The position numbers and the translations under genes were made by a program. This document shows, in pieces, positions 43,108 through 53,331 of a DNA stretch of 64,000 bases. The DNA is from Terriglobia bacterium (lineage in GTDB: Bacteria; Acidobacteriota; Terriglobia; 20CM-2-55-15), in NCBI GenBank assembly GCA_963664115.2, contig CAXWPJ010000011.1, forward strand, positions 78,965 to 142,964. Reading direction: 5' to 3'. The notes beneath the pieces were generated by a model, which had not been told where the DNA came from, did no database searches, and saw only the letters and a program-made list of their open reading frames with translations. Positions within the stretch are counted from its first letter, which is position 1. Every line of letters starts with the position of its first letter.

Positions 43108-44718
43108 CTATGGGGTGGTGGACGGCGGTCTGCGATGATTGGTCGCCTGCTCGTACGCAAAGGCGAGCTTTATCATCGTCCCTTCGTCGTACGGCCTTCC
43201 CATGAAGGTGATCCCGGCGGGAAGGTCGTCTGTCGTAAACCCGGCCGGAACCACGATAGCGGGAACGAACACCAGGAAGGTATTTAAATATGGAATGCCT
43301 TTGGTATTGACGTAAGGCGGATTGACGCCATCGGCGATGAGCGTGGGCTGATGCTCCACTGCCTTATAGACGATCGCATCCAGTTCGTTGTCCGCCATGA
43401 CTTTCAGGAAGTTGGTCATCAGTTTCTCTCGGGCCACTACGGACCGGCCATGCCTTTCCGCATCCGTAAATGCCGTTAGCCGGTTTCGAGCGTACCGAAA
43501 CACCTGAGGGAAGTCCCCCGACTGAGTCATCTCTTCAAGAGACGCGAAGGGTGGATCAGCGCTTCTCCCGAAGAATAATCTGAAGGCTTCCGCCGTCATT
43601 TCAGTGGAATTTGAGGCCTGCAATTCCAGCGACTCCTTCAGTTCTGGAATCACGATGGGATCCACCACTACAGCCCCTGCGACCTGCAGCTCTCCGATGG
43701 CTCTGTCGAAAATCGGGGTTATCTTTGCGAAGTCTTCCGAATCCGGCTCTGAATCCCGGCCCATCGACTCGCGCAAGACACCGATGCGCGCTCCTTGCAA
43801 ACCCTCGCTGTCGAGGAAATCGGTGTAGCTATCCGGCACATGGCCGACGCCCCGGGCCGTGACCGGATCCTCCGGATCGTAGCCAACCATTGCATCCAGA
43901 AGTTTAGCCAGATCCGTCACCGTGCGAGCCATCGGGCCGAGAGACCCATTGAGCTGTGGCCAACCGTCAAACACACCGGTTCGGCTGACCAGGCCAGCCG
44001 TGGGTCTCATCCCTACAATGGAGTTCCAGGTCGAAGGCCTGCGGACCGATGCGAAGCCCTCCTGGCCCACGGCCACGGTCGCGAAGTTCGCAGCCACGCC
44101 TGCACCGGATCCACCTGAGGAGCCGCCCGCCGTTCGATCAAGCGCATAGGGGTTTCTGGTCGAGCCAAACAGCGAACCATGCGTGTCGCCTCCGCCTAAT
44201 TCTCCCAGAGTGGTTTTCGCTAGAATGATTGCTCCGGCTTCTCTCAGCTGTTCGATGACGAAGGCATCTCCGTCTGGGTAGTAGTCTTCAAAGAGAATCG
44301 AGCCCAGGGTCGTCCGCATCCCTGCGGCATTCACCTGATCCTTCAGAATCACCGGGATGCCGTGTAGCGGCCCAACAAATCCGGATGTTTCGAACGCGGC
44401 ATCCAATCGATCCGCTTCCCGGAGAGCCGCAGCATTAACCGAAATGATTGCATTGATGGCCGGACCCTGTTGGTCGTAAGTCTCGATCCGGTCCAGATAG
44501 AGCTGGACCAACTGATGTGCCGTCAGAGTTCCGGCGTTGTAGGCCTCGTGAATATCTTCAATCGTGGCCTCTACAAGTTGGAAGGGCTCGTTCTGCCCGC
44601 CAGCACTTTGAGGCCTTAGCGAGAAAAGAAAGAGTGATCCGAAAATCAAGGCCAGCGCCACTATCGGCCTGGCAGGCCTGGAACCCATGCGTCTCATATT
44701 CCAACGATCCAACATCAC
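43108..44718 (-). CDS. secreted amidase (amidase signature family)
   Basis: GPLHGIPVILKD, TRNPY, GGSSGGSG, SVRRP. Confidence 0.9.
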   Translation of the reverse strand: MMLDRWNMRRMGSRPARPIVALALIFGSLFLFSLRPQSAGGQNEPFQLVEATIEDIHEAYNAGTLTAHQLVQLYLDRIETYDQQGPAINAIISVNAAALREADRLDAAFETSGFVGPLHGIPVILKDQVNAAGMRTTLGSILFEDYYPDGDAFVIEQLREAGAIILAKTTLGELGGGDTHGSLFGSTRNPYALDRTAGGSSGGSGAGVAANFATVAVGQEGFASVRRPSTWNSIVGMRPTAGLVSRTGVFDGWPQLNGSLGPMARTVTDLAKLLDAMVGYDPEDPVTARGVGHVPDSYTDFLDSEGLQGARIGVLRESMGRDSEPDSEDFAKITPIFDRAIGELQVAGAVVVDPIVIPELKESLELQASNSTEMTAEAFRLFFGRSADPPFASLEEMTQSGDFPQVFRYARNRLTAFTDAERHGRSVVAREKLMTNFLKVMADNELDAIVYKAVEHQPTLIADGVNPPYVNTKGIPYLNTFLVFVPAIVVPAGFTTDDLPAGITFMGRPYDEGTMIKLAFAYEQATNHRRPPSTTP

Positions 44719-44937
44719 ATTCTCCTTTTTGAGTGCCTACCCAGCGAGTCGTTGCTTTCGTAACTGAAAAGTCTTGCGCCTGATTCCAGTGCCATCGATC
44801 TGCGGCTAAAACATCCTCTGCAAAGCCTGGAGCGCTGCAACCGCCCGCAGGCCATCCAAGCCAAAACACTCCATCAGCTTTGTCATATTTCGTCACATTT
44901 TTGAAATCGACTCTTCAGGTTTCTTCCGTTTCCATAC

Positions 44938-45735
44938 CTATCGTTCCGTGATCCCGCCGGCGGGCTCCCTTACGGTCCGTCTATAGAGTGCCTCGTCTGA
45001 GGGAACACAAAAATACTCACCCATTTCTGTTCCCGGACTCAAGCTGACGGTGGCCTCCGTCACCCAGGGTCGCGTGTAGATCTTAGGATCGTCGATCGTG
45101 AGCCTTACCTCCAGGCTGCTATAGCTGGGACGACGGTAACGCTCGATCACTTTCATGGCATCGGAGTGCTGATGACCCTGCGTATCCAGCCAGCTTCTTT
45201 CGTCGAATCCGATTGATTCGACAACGAAGGTGTCACCCTCCCAGTTGCCAATGGAGTACCCCAGCCACCGGGGCTCAGGGCTTTCCGGAAGCCCACGTCC
45301 GTCCGTCCAGATCGTACGGTGTGTGTGATACACCTCAAAGAACTGAAGAGTCCTGTCGGGAAGATGAATGAACTCCATCCCGTAGTTGTAGTTCAGCCAG
45401 CGGGGATAACCCAAAGGATCGCAGATCATCATCGGGTCGTTTCCCAGTGGCACGGCTCGAGGCCCCATCCCGGGCTTCGCGGCATCGAACTTGGCTTGGC
45501 CCTGGGCCGTCATCGGAGGAACTTCGTTGCTTAAGCGCACTCCCCCTCTGCCCCAAACTCCCGAAAGGTCGCCCGGATCGAACGGCTGATCCGCAACATT
45601 CCCGACCGCCTCCCGTTGCGCATCAGTCTGGCAGCGTGGGCAGGGCAGCCAGGAGCCGTTCTGAGCCAGTACAACGGACGACATCATCCAGACGGCCGCG
45701 CCTGCGATAAGGACGCTCACAAAGTGATTTCGCAT
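44938..45735 (-). CDS. uncharacterised secreted protein, 'WEGDTLVVET' family (paralog 6)
   Basis: DPGDLSGVW, CDPLGYPR, GNWEGDTFVVES, WLDTQGHQHS, EYFCVP. Confidence 0.85.
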   Translation of the reverse strand: MRNHFVSVLIAGAAVWMMSSVVLAQNGSWLPCPRCQTDAQREAVGNVADQPFDPGDLSGVWGRGGVRLSNEVPPMTAQGQAKFDAAKPGMGPRAVPLGNDPMMICDPLGYPRWLNYNYGMEFIHLPDRTLQFFEVYHTHRTIWTDGRGLPESPEPRWLGYSIGNWEGDTFVVESIGFDERSWLDTQGHQHSDAMKVIERYRRPSYSSLEVRLTIDDPKIYTRPWVTEATVSLSPGTEMGEYFCVPSDEALYRRTVREPAGGITER

Positions 45736-45893
45736 GGTGTGCAAACTCCTTCCGTGTTCCAAGTGGGCGGTCACCGATCCGAGCGACAGACCCATAGCGA
45801 TAAAACATCTCCCGACCACCGGTGATATTCACAGGCAACCACAGGACCGATGTCCAACCGACTGCGGCACTCGCGATTTTCCCGCTGTCGTGA

Positions 45894-46382
45894 TTAACGC
45901 TGGTCCTCTCGCAATCTCGATCGGTCTTCAATCAACACATTGCCGTCTGAAGCCACAACTTTGTAGAGCAGTCCGGCAGGAGTGCCGGCCCTTGAAGGAA
46001 GCACGCTGACAGTAATTTCGTCTCCAGGGTTGAGCGTAGTCCGGCTCCATCCAAATTCACCGGTCATCGAAAAAATAGAGGATGTTTCAGCGGTCCATTC
46101 GACGGCATTGCCATCGGCATCCTTCACTTCGTAGATGATGAAGCAGTGCGGATTTCTCCACACCCATTCCTTCACGATGCCATTCATTGTGATGAGCTTC
46201 GCGATGTCGGTGTCATACGACACCGCGGATCCGTGGTGGGCGAACAGTGGAAGCGGGGACAGCGCAATTCCGGCGACCAGGACAACACACAGGACCATGA
46301 AGCCGACACCTGCGACTCGTCTGGGGTTCACGCCACACCTCCTGACTTTAGTATCTAGATTAAATGTTCCGAATCTGGCCAT
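45894..46382 (-). CDS. DUF6152-like secreted protein
   Basis: LFA|HHGSAVSYD, WRNPH, PGDEITV, PSRAGTPAG (shared with 14104..14511). Confidence 0.8.
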   Translation of the reverse strand: MARFGTFNLDTKVRRCGVNPRRVAGVGFMVLCVVLVAGIALSPLPLFAHHGSAVSYDTDIAKLITMNGIVKEWVWRNPHCFIIYEVKDADGNAVEWTAETSSIFSMTGEFGWSRTTLNPGDEITVSVLPSRAGTPAGLLYKVVASDGNVLIEDRSRLREDQR

Positions 46383-46410
46383 TTTGCCGCTGGATGAACT
46401 CTCCTAGTCG

Positions 46411-47382
46411 CTACTCCCTCGGCGCATCTTCAGCTCCCCGTTCCTCAGCCCGAGCTGCGGCGAGGATGTGCGCCATGGCGTAGTTGCCTTCGTGGCAAGC
46501 GTATTCGTAGATCGGACCCTCCGTGGTCTTCATTGGGATCTCCCCGGACCATGGACTTGCGAAGGATTCTGGATCGTCGAGGCTGAACTGATACAGAAGT
46601 GTGTTCTCATCCACACGCTCGAAGCGCTCCACCACACGGAGGTTCTCGCCGGACCCTCTGAAGTTGGTTTGGTCGGTGAAATTGGTCGTTTCCACAACCA
46701 GGGTGTCGTCCTCCCACCGTCCGCGCGAGTCTCCCATCCACAGCCGGACGTTTTCGGGCAGGTGGGGACTCCCGTCGAGGGGAATGATCCGAGCGTCGTG
46801 TATCATCTCAATGAAAATAACAACATGATCCTGGGTCTGTACGATCTGGTAGTTATTGTTGTAGCCCCCTGGAAGCATCGGCGGCCCGTTGTTGCCGCGT
46901 GTGATACACCGGTCGTTCAAACTCCGGTCTTCGGGGCCATCGGCGGGATGGAGCCTTCTCGCTTCCGCGCGGTCGTCCGCTCTCGCCTGCGCTTCCGGAG
47001 TTAAGGGAGGGATTCTTCCGTCCGGTGGATCCACAATCAGCGAAGTGCGCCCGCTCGATACAACTGCGGTTCCACGATCCCACCAAAAGTCGTTGTAGGC
47101 CCGTCTCAGATCGGCCTCAGGGTCGCTGTTGCGCCGATCCGCATCGTTTCGTTCGCTCGCCTGAGCTTCGTATTCGGCTGCTTCCTCTTCGGTAAAGAAC
47201 GCCTGATCTTCGAGTTCACGCGGACGCTCCAAGGGTGTCACAGTGGCGTTCGTCCATATGCCCTCAAGACTTGGCTGGCCGTCTGGTGTACGGGGAACCT
47301 GACCGGCAGAGGTGAGGGCAAACAAGACCAATGTGACTGCGGCTCGTAGAGGATAAATTGAAGCGTAAGGTCGATGGCTCAT
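46411..47382 (-). CDS. uncharacterised secreted protein, 'WEGDTLVVET' family (paralog 7)
   Basis: PRTPDGQPSLEGIW, TPLERP, RTSLIVDPPDGRIP, GRWEDDTLVVET, YEYACHEGNY. Confidence 0.85.
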   Translation of the reverse strand: MSHRPYASIYPLRAAVTLVLFALTSAGQVPRTPDGQPSLEGIWTNATVTPLERPRELEDQAFFTEEEAAEYEAQASERNDADRRNSDPEADLRRAYNDFWWDRGTAVVSSGRTSLIVDPPDGRIPPLTPEAQARADDRAEARRLHPADGPEDRSLNDRCITRGNNGPPMLPGGYNNNYQIVQTQDHVVIFIEMIHDARIIPLDGSPHLPENVRLWMGDSRGRWEDDTLVVETTNFTDQTNFRGSGENLRVVERFERVDENTLLYQFSLDDPESFASPWSGEIPMKTTEGPIYEYACHEGNYAMAHILAAARAEERGAEDAPRE

Positions 47383-47865
47383 ATGAAGCCTCCCTGTTCA
47401 GTATTGGGCGATGAAGCCGAGGTCGCTCTCAAAAACAAATCATACAGAACAAAGCGCTTAGCATCAAACAACGTCTGAGCTTCGGTTTCCCTTTGTTCTC
47501 AGGGGCAGTGCGAAGTCAAAGCCTCGCCCTGCTGGTACAATTCCCGCGAGCCCCACGCCGTGAATATCTCGGGAAACAACCACCCGACTTGGGCCACCTG
47601 ATCGTCATGGATTGCCCCGTCTGTCGAACGTTCTATTACTGTTTGAAGGACTCGATGAATCTAACCATAGGAAGGGGTTGGCGGCAAACAGAATCTCAAC
47701 TCCCGCCAAAAGGCATGTCGGACGTTCAGAATCAGGGGGCGGCGAGCGGTCAAGGTCCGCCAAGATGACTGGTCAGGACTTGAGAATCAGATTCACGGTC
47801 GCTTACGGAACGAACACTCGTTCCTTCAGTTCTTCAAATCAGCAGCAGTCGCACGATTGCTTTTA

Positions 47866-48963
47866 TCAGCCGTCGCTTTCGTCATCCTGGGCCAGCTGAG
47901 ATTCCATTCGGGCCACGAAATTCGATTCAGACTCAGCCGTAGACTTTCCCGGTGGTGGCACAATCGAGTCGGGCGCAGCTTCAGCATCCGTCTCATCCCC
48001 GGACACACTGTAAAGCTGGGGCGCACTGCGGTTGACGTGTAACTGGAAAACGTCTGGCCGGTTGTAGTGGCCGGCGAAATCGTGGCGCAGTTTCATACCG
48101 ATGCCCACTTCCAGGTTGCACTGGGCGTAGAGTATTCCCTCTTCAGGACCCAAAGGGCCGGCCAGGATACGGCTGTTGGGTCCGACGATGAGGCTGCCCC
48201 CAGAGGAGTCGGGATTGCGCAGGAATTTCTCCCCCTCGGGTCCGACCTGGAGTTTTACTATCATGTCATCGTCGACTGTGCCGCAGGCGGAGACCACGAA
48301 CGCTTTGCTCATCTGGGCAAAGGCTTGTGAATCCACCGCAACTCGATTACGCAGCGGGTCACCGCTGGTCGGAAAATGGTTGGGCCAGCTCATCACATGA
48401 ATACGGCTGCCTTCCGCCGTCAGTCCGAACACTGCCAAGGGATTAGAGTTTTCGCCGCAAATCAGCCCGCTTACCGGCCCGAACTCGGTCTGAAATGCCC
48501 CAAAGGTATCGCCGAAGCCGCCCATGTGCACGAGGCGTTCGCCTACGGTTGGCATCAGCTTCTGGTGCTTGCCGACGAGTTCACCGTCCGGTCCGATCCA
48601 GATCTGAGTATTGAACATCGTGCCGAATGTGTTCGGCAGCTTCTCGCACACCCCCATCACCACATAGGCGTTGGCGTCCCGGGCGGCGCTTGAGAGCGCT
48701 TCTGTCTGGGCCCCCGGAATCTCCACCGAGTTCTTGAAAAGCTCGATTGCGAGCTGGTTGGCGATCACGCCGGTCGCTGGATGGTGGTGATACCAGACCG
48801 GGTGAGCAGGAATGAATCCCTCGGGGAAGGCAATGATTTGAGCGCCATTGGCCCCAGCCTCGCGGATCAGGCGGCACGCCTTGTCGGTCGAGCCTTCACG
48901 ATCCAGGAACACTGACGCGGCCTGCACGGCGGCCACCTTCACATCAGGGTATTGATCGCCCAT
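47866..48963 (-). CDS. nitrilase / carbon-nitrogen hydrolase
   Basis: Triad FPEG, HQKLMPT, LICGEN, plus DFAGHYNRPDVF. Confidence 0.9.
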   Translation of the reverse strand: MGDQYPDVKVAAVQAASVFLDREGSTDKACRLIREAGANGAQIIAFPEGFIPAHPVWYHHHPATGVIANQLAIELFKNSVEIPGAQTEALSSAARDANAYVVMGVCEKLPNTFGTMFNTQIWIGPDGELVGKHQKLMPTVGERLVHMGGFGDTFGAFQTEFGPVSGLICGENSNPLAVFGLTAEGSRIHVMSWPNHFPTSGDPLRNRVAVDSQAFAQMSKAFVVSACGTVDDDMIVKLQVGPEGEKFLRNPDSSGGSLIVGPNSRILAGPLGPEEGILYAQCNLEVGIGMKLRHDFAGHYNRPDVFQLHVNRSAPQLYSVSGDETDAEAAPDSIVPPPGKSTAESESNFVARMESQLAQDDESDG

Positions 48964-49491
48964 GGTCGACTCCTATGAGACGCTATTATGCTTTAAGTGG
49001 GTCTCCCGGCAAGGCAAAGCTGGGGGTAGAGGCAAGAAAAGTCTCAATCCCATCAACAAACGCTATCGTCGGAGTCGAAAAGCCCCCGCAATCCCCCAAT
49101 CCTCAACTACCGCCAAGATAATCTGTCGTTACCTTGAACCCGAAAATCAGGGAACCGGCGCCCGTTCCTTCAGTTTATGGGACGCTTCTGAGCACTGAAG
49201 GCCTTCAATCGTCTCTTTGTTCTTGCGGTTAGGTTCAGCGGAGTCGCGTGTAAGGTCTTCTTACATCACGGGATGTCCCTGCAAATCCCTGGCAAAGATG
49301 GCTGAACGCGATTGTCGCCGAACCTGGCTCAACTTCTGGATCACGCGCTGGGAACGCTTCCCGCGCGCTCTGCGCCTGGTGGCAGGCGGGCGCCGCGATT
49401 TGCCAATTGACTTAGATGATTCAGAATTAGCGCGAGCAGTGATATCCTCGACGCGCTGAAAGGTGCTATCAATGGAACAAAGGAGCCATCA

Positions 49492-50418
49492 ATGGAAACA
49501 ATGGAAACAACGGAAAAAATGAAAATTCCCGCGGAAGCGGTAGAGTTGTACACGAATTATATTCACGGAGAGGTCAGTCGTCGTGATTTCTTGGCTGGGG
49601 TGAAGCGATTCGCCGTCACCGGGCTTACGGCCGCCGCGCTTACCAAAGCGTTGATGCCGGACTACGCGCTGGGGCAGCAGGTTGCCAATGATGACGAGCG
49701 GATCACGGCGAGCTATGAGAGCGTGCCCTCACCCGATGGGAATGGATACATCCGGGGCTATCTCGTCCGACCATTCGGTGCCGATTCACGCAGCGAGACA
49801 CCAGATCAACTGCCCGGAGTTCTTGTCATTCACGAGAATCGGGGACTGAATCCGCATACCGAGGACGTTGCACGGCGCTTCGCCCTGGAGAACTTCATGG
49901 CGTTTGCGCCTGATGCGCTGACGTCGGTCGGCGGTTATCCGAGCGACGACTACGAAGGCGGCGAGCTATTTCGCACGATTGACCGCCCCAGGATGACGCA
50001 GGATTTTGTCGCCGCCGCGCAATGGTTGAAAGCACGTCCGGACTGCTCCGGGAGCATCGGCGTCACCGGTTTTTGCTTCGGCGGTGGTATGTCCAATACC
50101 CTGGCTGTTCTGCTGGGAGCGGATCTGGCCGCGGCCGCCCCGTTTTATGGCGGCGGGCCCGACGAGGCCGACGTGGCGAATATCTCAGCGGCCATGCTCA
50201 TACACCACGGCGGGCTCGATGAACGCCTGGTCACCGCATATCCCGCGTATGAGGCGGCAATGCGAAGAAACAACGTCACGCACGAGGGCCACATTTATCC
50301 GGACTCCGTTCACGGTTTCTTCAATGACGCCACGCCGGCCCGCTACAACAGGACCACGGCTGAGGAAGCATGGACGCGCACAATTGAATGGTTCAATCAG
50401 CACGTGCGCGGAGCCTAG
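49492..50418 (+). CDS. dienelactone hydrolase family protein (YghX-like, Tat motif)
   Basis: SRRDFL, HENRGLNPH, GFCFGG, HGFFND. Confidence 0.9.
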   Translation: METMETTEKMKIPAEAVELYTNYIHGEVSRRDFLAGVKRFAVTGLTAAALTKALMPDYALGQQVANDDERITASYESVPSPDGNGYIRGYLVRPFGADSRSETPDQLPGVLVIHENRGLNPHTEDVARRFALENFMAFAPDALTSVGGYPSDDYEGGELFRTIDRPRMTQDFVAAAQWLKARPDCSGSIGVTGFCFGGGMSNTLAVLLGADLAAAAPFYGGGPDEADVANISAAMLIHHGGLDERLVTAYPAYEAAMRRNNVTHEGHIYPDSVHGFFNDATPARYNRTTAEEAWTRTIEWFNQHVRGA

Positions 50419-50635
50419 GCTCAAGCCGGAAGGGATAGCCTGCAGGGCCGGAGTGGTTTCGAAGGCGTGTCTCTCAAGACGATCTCAAAGGGATCACCGC
50501 GCCTTGCCATCCCCGGTCCTCGCCCGCCCGTAAAGTCATCGACGACTTTACGGACGGGCGGGAAGGGAGTCAGGGGAACTGCTTTTTCAGCCTCTCGCCC
50601 GACCTCTGCTAACTGGAAAATTGTTCACCTGAAAA

Positions 50636-50681
50636 GGGTGAGCGAAGGGACTTGAACCCTCGACCACTGGAGCCACAATCC
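50636..50681 (-). pseudogene. tRNA-His(GTG) 3' half (att remnant)
   Basis: Minus strand GGA TTGTGGC TCCAG TGGTC GAGGG TTCAAGT CCCTT CGCTCACCC: anticodon loop, T-arm and acceptor 3' strand. No D-arm. Confidence 0.88.
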
Positions 50682-51042
50682 CAGGGTCGTGGGTTCTATT
50701 TTTTAGAACGGTCTCGCATCTTCATCTAACGTCAACTACTTACGAATTCGTAAGGCGCTTCATCAGACAACCTGGAATCACCTATAAATAGGCTGGAGTT
50801 GTACGGGTTTGGATCGTTCCCGTCCGTCGCGGGCAAAGTCTTGGGCAAAGTGGCGGCTTTGGCGAGCCGGATCGGGCCAACTTCAACAACCGACCCGGGG
50901 GTACCTTCAAGGCGGCTTGGAACCCCACCCCCTTGTTTGGCCCTTGTTGCCCACCAAATTGCCCACCTGAATTGCCCACCAAGTTGGAAAGAGGAAGCCT
51001 TCCAAGTGGTGTGGGGGAGATGTGGAAGGGAAGTGTTGGTAT

Positions 51043-51074
51043 GGGATCGAACCCGCGACGTCCAGCTTGGGAAA
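51043..51074 (-). pseudogene. tRNA-Gly(CCC) 3' fragment (att remnant)
   Basis: Minus strand TTCCCAA GCTGG ACGTC GCGGG TTCGATC CC. Confidence 0.75.
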
Positions 51075-51196
51075 CGAATCTAGAACTGTAAACTAATTAT
51101 TTAGCGTCGTCCGCGTCAATTCTTGGCATCGAAAACAATGGCTTTTCCGGCGTTCCACGCTTAATAGAGCACAAACGGAGCACACCGGAAAACAGA

Positions 51197-51229
51197 CGGA
51201 CTTCAACCGATGACCTCCTGCGTGTGAAT
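51197..51229 (-). pseudogene. degenerate tRNA-Val(CAC) 3' fragment (att remnant)
   Basis: 25 bp (51205-51229) identical to 52744-52768. Confidence 0.7.
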
Positions 51230-51509
51230 TCCTTATAAACACCTTATGTTGTTGGTTCTAAGCGGTTCTGGTTTGGGCTCAATACAGCTAATTCGGGGTG
51301 TTTGGCAGTATCTTGTTCGCAGTTTGTTCGCAGCGATCCCTCATTCCGTGGAATAGCGATCGAAGGGAAGCGGTACTCAAGGAAGCAAAGGTAGGTCAAG
51401 CCCCTGTTGGGTTTGTCGGGAAGAGCGTGCGGTCGCCAAACAGCCCTTCTGTTTGGCGATCCACGACTCGGCGTTCCCGGTCGTGGAAAGCGACCGGTCC
51501 TACACTGCC

Positions 51510-52541
51510 CTACGGCAGGTGCTCGTTGAGGCCCGTGGCGACTTGGCCTGTGCCACCGCTGACGCTGGAGTGGCGGCCTGTCGCCCCGTTTTTGAAGCCT
51601 CCACTCACCGAGGCGCCGAGTCCGGTCGCCTGGTTGTTCAGTCCACCGCTGACCGAGGATGAATGCGCCAGGGCTCGATTACCGTTCCCACCGCTGACTA
51701 CCGAAACGGACCCGTCCGCAAAGTTGTTAACGCCGCCTACGACAACCGCGCCAGATGATCGAGCCACGTTAATCGAACCGCCTGTAACGCTGGAATAGTC
51801 TCCAGACGTCGAGTTGCCGATGCCGGCCGTGATCGAGGAATATAGGCCGTTCGCGTTGTTGACAACGCCCGCGATAACGGACGCAAAGCCGGCATTCGTG
51901 GAGTTTCGGAATCCCCCGACGAAGCCTCCGTACGACGAGTAGTTGGACTCCTGCCCGAGGACGAGCATGTGCGATCCGCTGCGATTGTCGCCTCCACGAG
52001 GTCGCAGTTCGTTGTAGCCAATGATCAGGTTCCCCAGCCTGTTCGTCGTCGCGGTTGAACCGAGCCCGTTTTCGATATGCAGGTTGGCCCCTGTGATATG
52101 AACGTTGTTGCCCACGCGGCTGAAGTGGACGAGCAGGTTTTCCAGATCGTCGATTCTGACTTCGGCCACCGCGAGAGCCGCGTTAAGGCTGGCGATGTTG
52201 GCATCAATCTGGGACAGATCAATCGCGTTCAACTGGTTCTGGAGCGTCGTGATCTGGCCCTGCAGCACACCGACCTGACTCTGAAGTTGTGCGTCTTCCG
52301 CTTCCAGGTTGGCGACGCGGCCTGCGAGCCCATCCTTGTGCCCGGAGAATTCCCGGAGTCAGGACCAGGATGAGAACAAGGGAGAGAACAGTCAGAATTT
52401 TCATGGGGCCTCCTGCCTCGAGGTTGCGGTTTGGATGCCTCGGCGTCTCGCCGCTGTCGTCCGAGTTGCCTTGAACCCGGCGAATTCCCGGAGTCAGGAC
52501 CAGGATGAGAACATAGGGAGAGAACAGTCAGAATTTTCATG
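51510..52541 (-). CDS. secreted coiled-coil plus Gly/Asn-repeat (beta-roll, adhesin/fibre-like) protein; 5' end duplicated and frameshifted
   Basis: Signal peptide MKILTVLSL... present twice (starts 52404 and about 52541), a heptad stalk, then about 14-aa SVSGGxxNxA repeats. Confidence 0.65.
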
Positions 52542-52725
52542 GGGCCTCCTGCCTCAATTATGAGAGGTTGCGGTTTGGATGCCTCGGCAGTCTCGCCATG
52601 CATGATCCCGAACACGGCGAATTACACCAGTACCATAGGAGCATATTTCGAGGAAGAGCGGCACGTCTTCCCGGGGACACGCTAGGCGGGCCAGACAGAC
52701 CCTCCTAGGTTGTTGAAACTAGGAA

Positions 52726-52767
52726 TGGGATCGACCGGGCTCGAACCGATGACCTCCTGCGTGTGAA
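52726..52767 (-). pseudogene. tRNA-Val(CAC) 3' half (att junction)
   Basis: Minus strand TTCACAC GCAGG AGGTC ATCGG TTCGAGC CCGGT CGATCCCA, followed by an IHF-like TTTCAACAACCTA. Confidence 0.88.
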
Positions 52768-52983
52768 TCGGGGTTAGGGCAAACGCTCTAGCCCCTTCCC
52801 TTCCAAGCAATTACCGTTAGAACCGTTGCCCCGCCTACCTTTGAGCCGATTCCAATGATTACAGGAGTTACGGTGTTGTCGGTGAATGTCAGTCAAGTAT
52901 GACGCCCCAACTGACACAAAAACTGACACAGTGATCTTTGATCGCCACACTGGCGACACCAGCGGGAGCAGGGCAGCGCCACG

Positions 52984-53005
52984 CCGCGACGTCCAGCTTG
53001 GGAAA
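52984..53005 (-). pseudogene. short tRNA-Gly(CCC) fragment (att remnant)
   Basis: 22 bp identical to 51053-51074 (CCGCGACGTCCAGCTTGGGAAA). Confidence 0.7.
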
Positions 53006-53331
53006 TTGGCTGTCGATTGAAAACAAAGAACATCCGCGTCCATGGTGTTCATTCCGAAGCACTAATTTGCTGGGGTTTTCGTTAATTCGATTTGGGATCG
53101 TTCTTAACGCGGTAGAAATGCGGTAGAACTTTCAATTCGAGAGGGATAAGGGGCAGGCTTTCGCTGGGCTACTGGCGTACTCGGAAACGAGTGCGAGACC
53201 CTCCTCACATTCTCGGACTGTCCGACAGACCTTACATATCTACACTCCAGAATCACGAGAGTCCACGTCGCGATTCCCGTTGAGAAGTTTGGGGTGAGGG
53301 GAAGTGACCGGCTGAGCTATATTGATTTCAT

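Noticed and set aside
50636-53005. Functional tRNA gene cluster
   Set aside because: Every piece lacks the 5' acceptor strand and D-arm. They are att-type fragments.
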